Shown: positions 62,250-64,000 of the stretch, one piece after another
Numbering within the stretch: the stretch's first letter is position 1
How the letters are laid out: each line of letters starts with the position of its first letter
Source of the DNA: Octopus bimaculoides
Taxonomy: Eukaryota
Direction: 5' to 3'
Length of the DNA: 64,000 bases
Assembly: GCF_001194135.2 (NCBI RefSeq)
Contig: NC_068992.1
Span: forward strand, 9,332,629 to 9,396,628
Program-made: the position numbers and the translations under genes
The notes under the pieces: model-generated
Told to the model about the DNA's origin: nothing
What the model saw: the letters and a program-made list of their open reading frames with translations, nothing else
The model's database searches: none

Positions 62250-62465
62250 TCTACCAGGTCATTTGACTTGCTACAAATAGCAGCCGAATTTCAGTAAGAA
62301 AAAAAAGAAAGAAAGACCAGAATGAATATATTGCGGGATACACCATGACTAGAAAAGGGAAAGGAAAAACAAAAATGATCGAATGGTCACATGAGGAAGG
62401 CCTTTTCATCAACCATCTCGCTTCGTTGAAGGCCTAGTTTGGATGAAATAGCCACAACATAAACA
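62250..62465 (+). mobile_element. Interspersed repeat family E
   Basis: TAGCAGCCGAATT...GAATGGTCACATGAGGAAGGCCTTT is the reverse complement of the preceding copy. Confidence 0.5.
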
Positions 62466-62509
62466 GCCTCCGATGATCGTGTCTGTCAACTTCTAAACAC
62501 CCCGAAAAA

Positions 62510-62855
62510 TAATGATATTCGCTTCAAGTTTTGACGCAAGGCCAGTAATTTGGTGGTACGCGTTTTATCGACCCCAAAAGGATGGAAGAGAAGAATCGAA
62601 AGAAATACTGTCCAACATTTTGTGCGACGCGCCAAAATGTATTGTAATGGTTTCAAATGTCGACATAATGCCAGTAATTTGAAAGGTAAAGGGTTAATTG
62701 AGTACTTGTCTGGTACTCTATTTGAGTACTTGCCTGGTACTCTATTTGAGTACTTGCCTGGTACTTTTTTTTCATCGACTCCGAAAGCTGAATGGCAAAG
62801 TCGACCTCAACGGAATTTGAACTCAAAATATAAAGAATGGGAGCAAATACTTCAA
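62510..62855 (-). mobile_element. Two tandem SINE family D remnants; the second has an internal 24-bp triplication (62698-62765)
   Basis: CAAGGCCAGTAATTT and TTTTATCGACCCCAAAAGGATG; ATCGACTCCGAAAG...GGCAAAGTCGACCTC; unit TTGAGTACTTG(T/C)CTGGTACTCTAT. Confidence 0.7.
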
Positions 62856-63797
62856 AGTAACCTCTCCCTTCACTCAAACGATTCTGTTTCTAAGATAAGG
62901 CCAGAAATGGGGTTTTTNNNNNNNNNNNNNNNNNNNNNNNNNNNNNNNNNNNNNNNNNNNNNNNNNNNNNNNNNNNNNNNNNNNNNNNNNNNNNNNNNNN
63001 NNNNNNNNNNNNNNNNNNNNNNNNNNNNNNNNNNNNNNNNNNNNNNNNNNNNNNNNNNNNNNNNNNNNNNNNNNNNNNNNNNNNNNNNNNNNNNNNNNNN
63101 NNNNNNNNNNNNNNNNNNNNNNNNNNNNNNNNNNNNNNNNNNNNNNNNNNNNNNNNNNNNNNNNNNNNNNNNNNNNNNNNNNNNNNNNNNNNNNNNNNNN
63201 NNNNNNNNNNNNNNNNNNNNNNNNNNNNNNNNNNNNNNNNNNNNNNNNNNNNNNNNNNNNNNNNNNNNNNNNNNNNNNNNNNNNNNNNNNNNNNNNNNNN
63301 NNNNNNNNNNNNNNNNNNNNNNNNNNNNNNNNNNNNNNNNNNNNNNNNNNNNNNNNNNNNNNNNNNNNNNNNNNNNNNNNNNNNNNNNNNNNNNNNNNNN
63401 NNNNNNNNNNNNNNNNNNNNNNNNNNNNNNNNNNNCCCCCCACAACCTAACATTAATCAGACAAACATTCGATCAAACTCATTCTATCTATAACCAATCC
63501 ATCATTTTCCTATTTACACAGACTCCAAGATCGGATTAACTGAGGGATATCGGGCTGTTATAATCAGCAGGTCGCACGGGCATGCATAGGTTCCTTCGTA
63601 CTTCATTCAGGCTAACTAATTAACTATTTAATTGAGGTGGTTCAGTTTGATAGGAGGTCACATGACTGGCCAGCAAAGTTGGCCTTATGTGTGCGTGTGT
63701 GTGCATAGTGTGTGTGAGTGTGTGTGCATGCGCGCATATATATATATGTGTGTGTATACATGCATACATCTATACATACACACACACACACACACTA

Positions 63798-63853
<56 letters not shown>

Positions 63854-64000
63854 GGTAAAAATAAAAATGAGTTTATATATACATACTTGCATGAATATAT
63901 ACTGTACATGCGTTGACACAAACGTAGACATTTATTTATATATGTATACACACACAACACACACATATACAGGTATATATGATATATATATATATATATA

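Overview
AT-rich eukaryotic DNA from a gapped short-read assembly, with about 20 N-gaps, mostly bordered by microsatellites. Extreme microsatellite density and the tRNA-derived SINE content suggest an octopus genome (inference from repeat content). I found no confidently identifiable host gene, so the window looks intronic or intergenic. It holds at least six interspersed repeat families (my labels A-F), remnants of Ty3/Gypsy (LTR + tRNA-Ser PBS + gag), Tc1, mariner, hAT, pogo/Tigger MITE, Helitron-like, RTE, Tx1-like and Jockey/I-like elements, plus a GC-richer, trinucleotide-laden island at 36-40 kb with two candidate coding segments. The most interesting observations are: (1) a tRNA-headed SINE carrying a minimal type-I hammerhead ribozyme fold (26.0 kb), with other decayed hammerhead-like motifs at 2.5, 23.9 and 40.8 kb; (2) a pri-miRNA-shaped hairpin in unique sequence (34733-34820); (3) all four head/tail combinations of two SINE families, one flanked by a clear TSD; (4) long inverted SINE pairs that would form dsRNA. 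All alignments and folds were done by eye.
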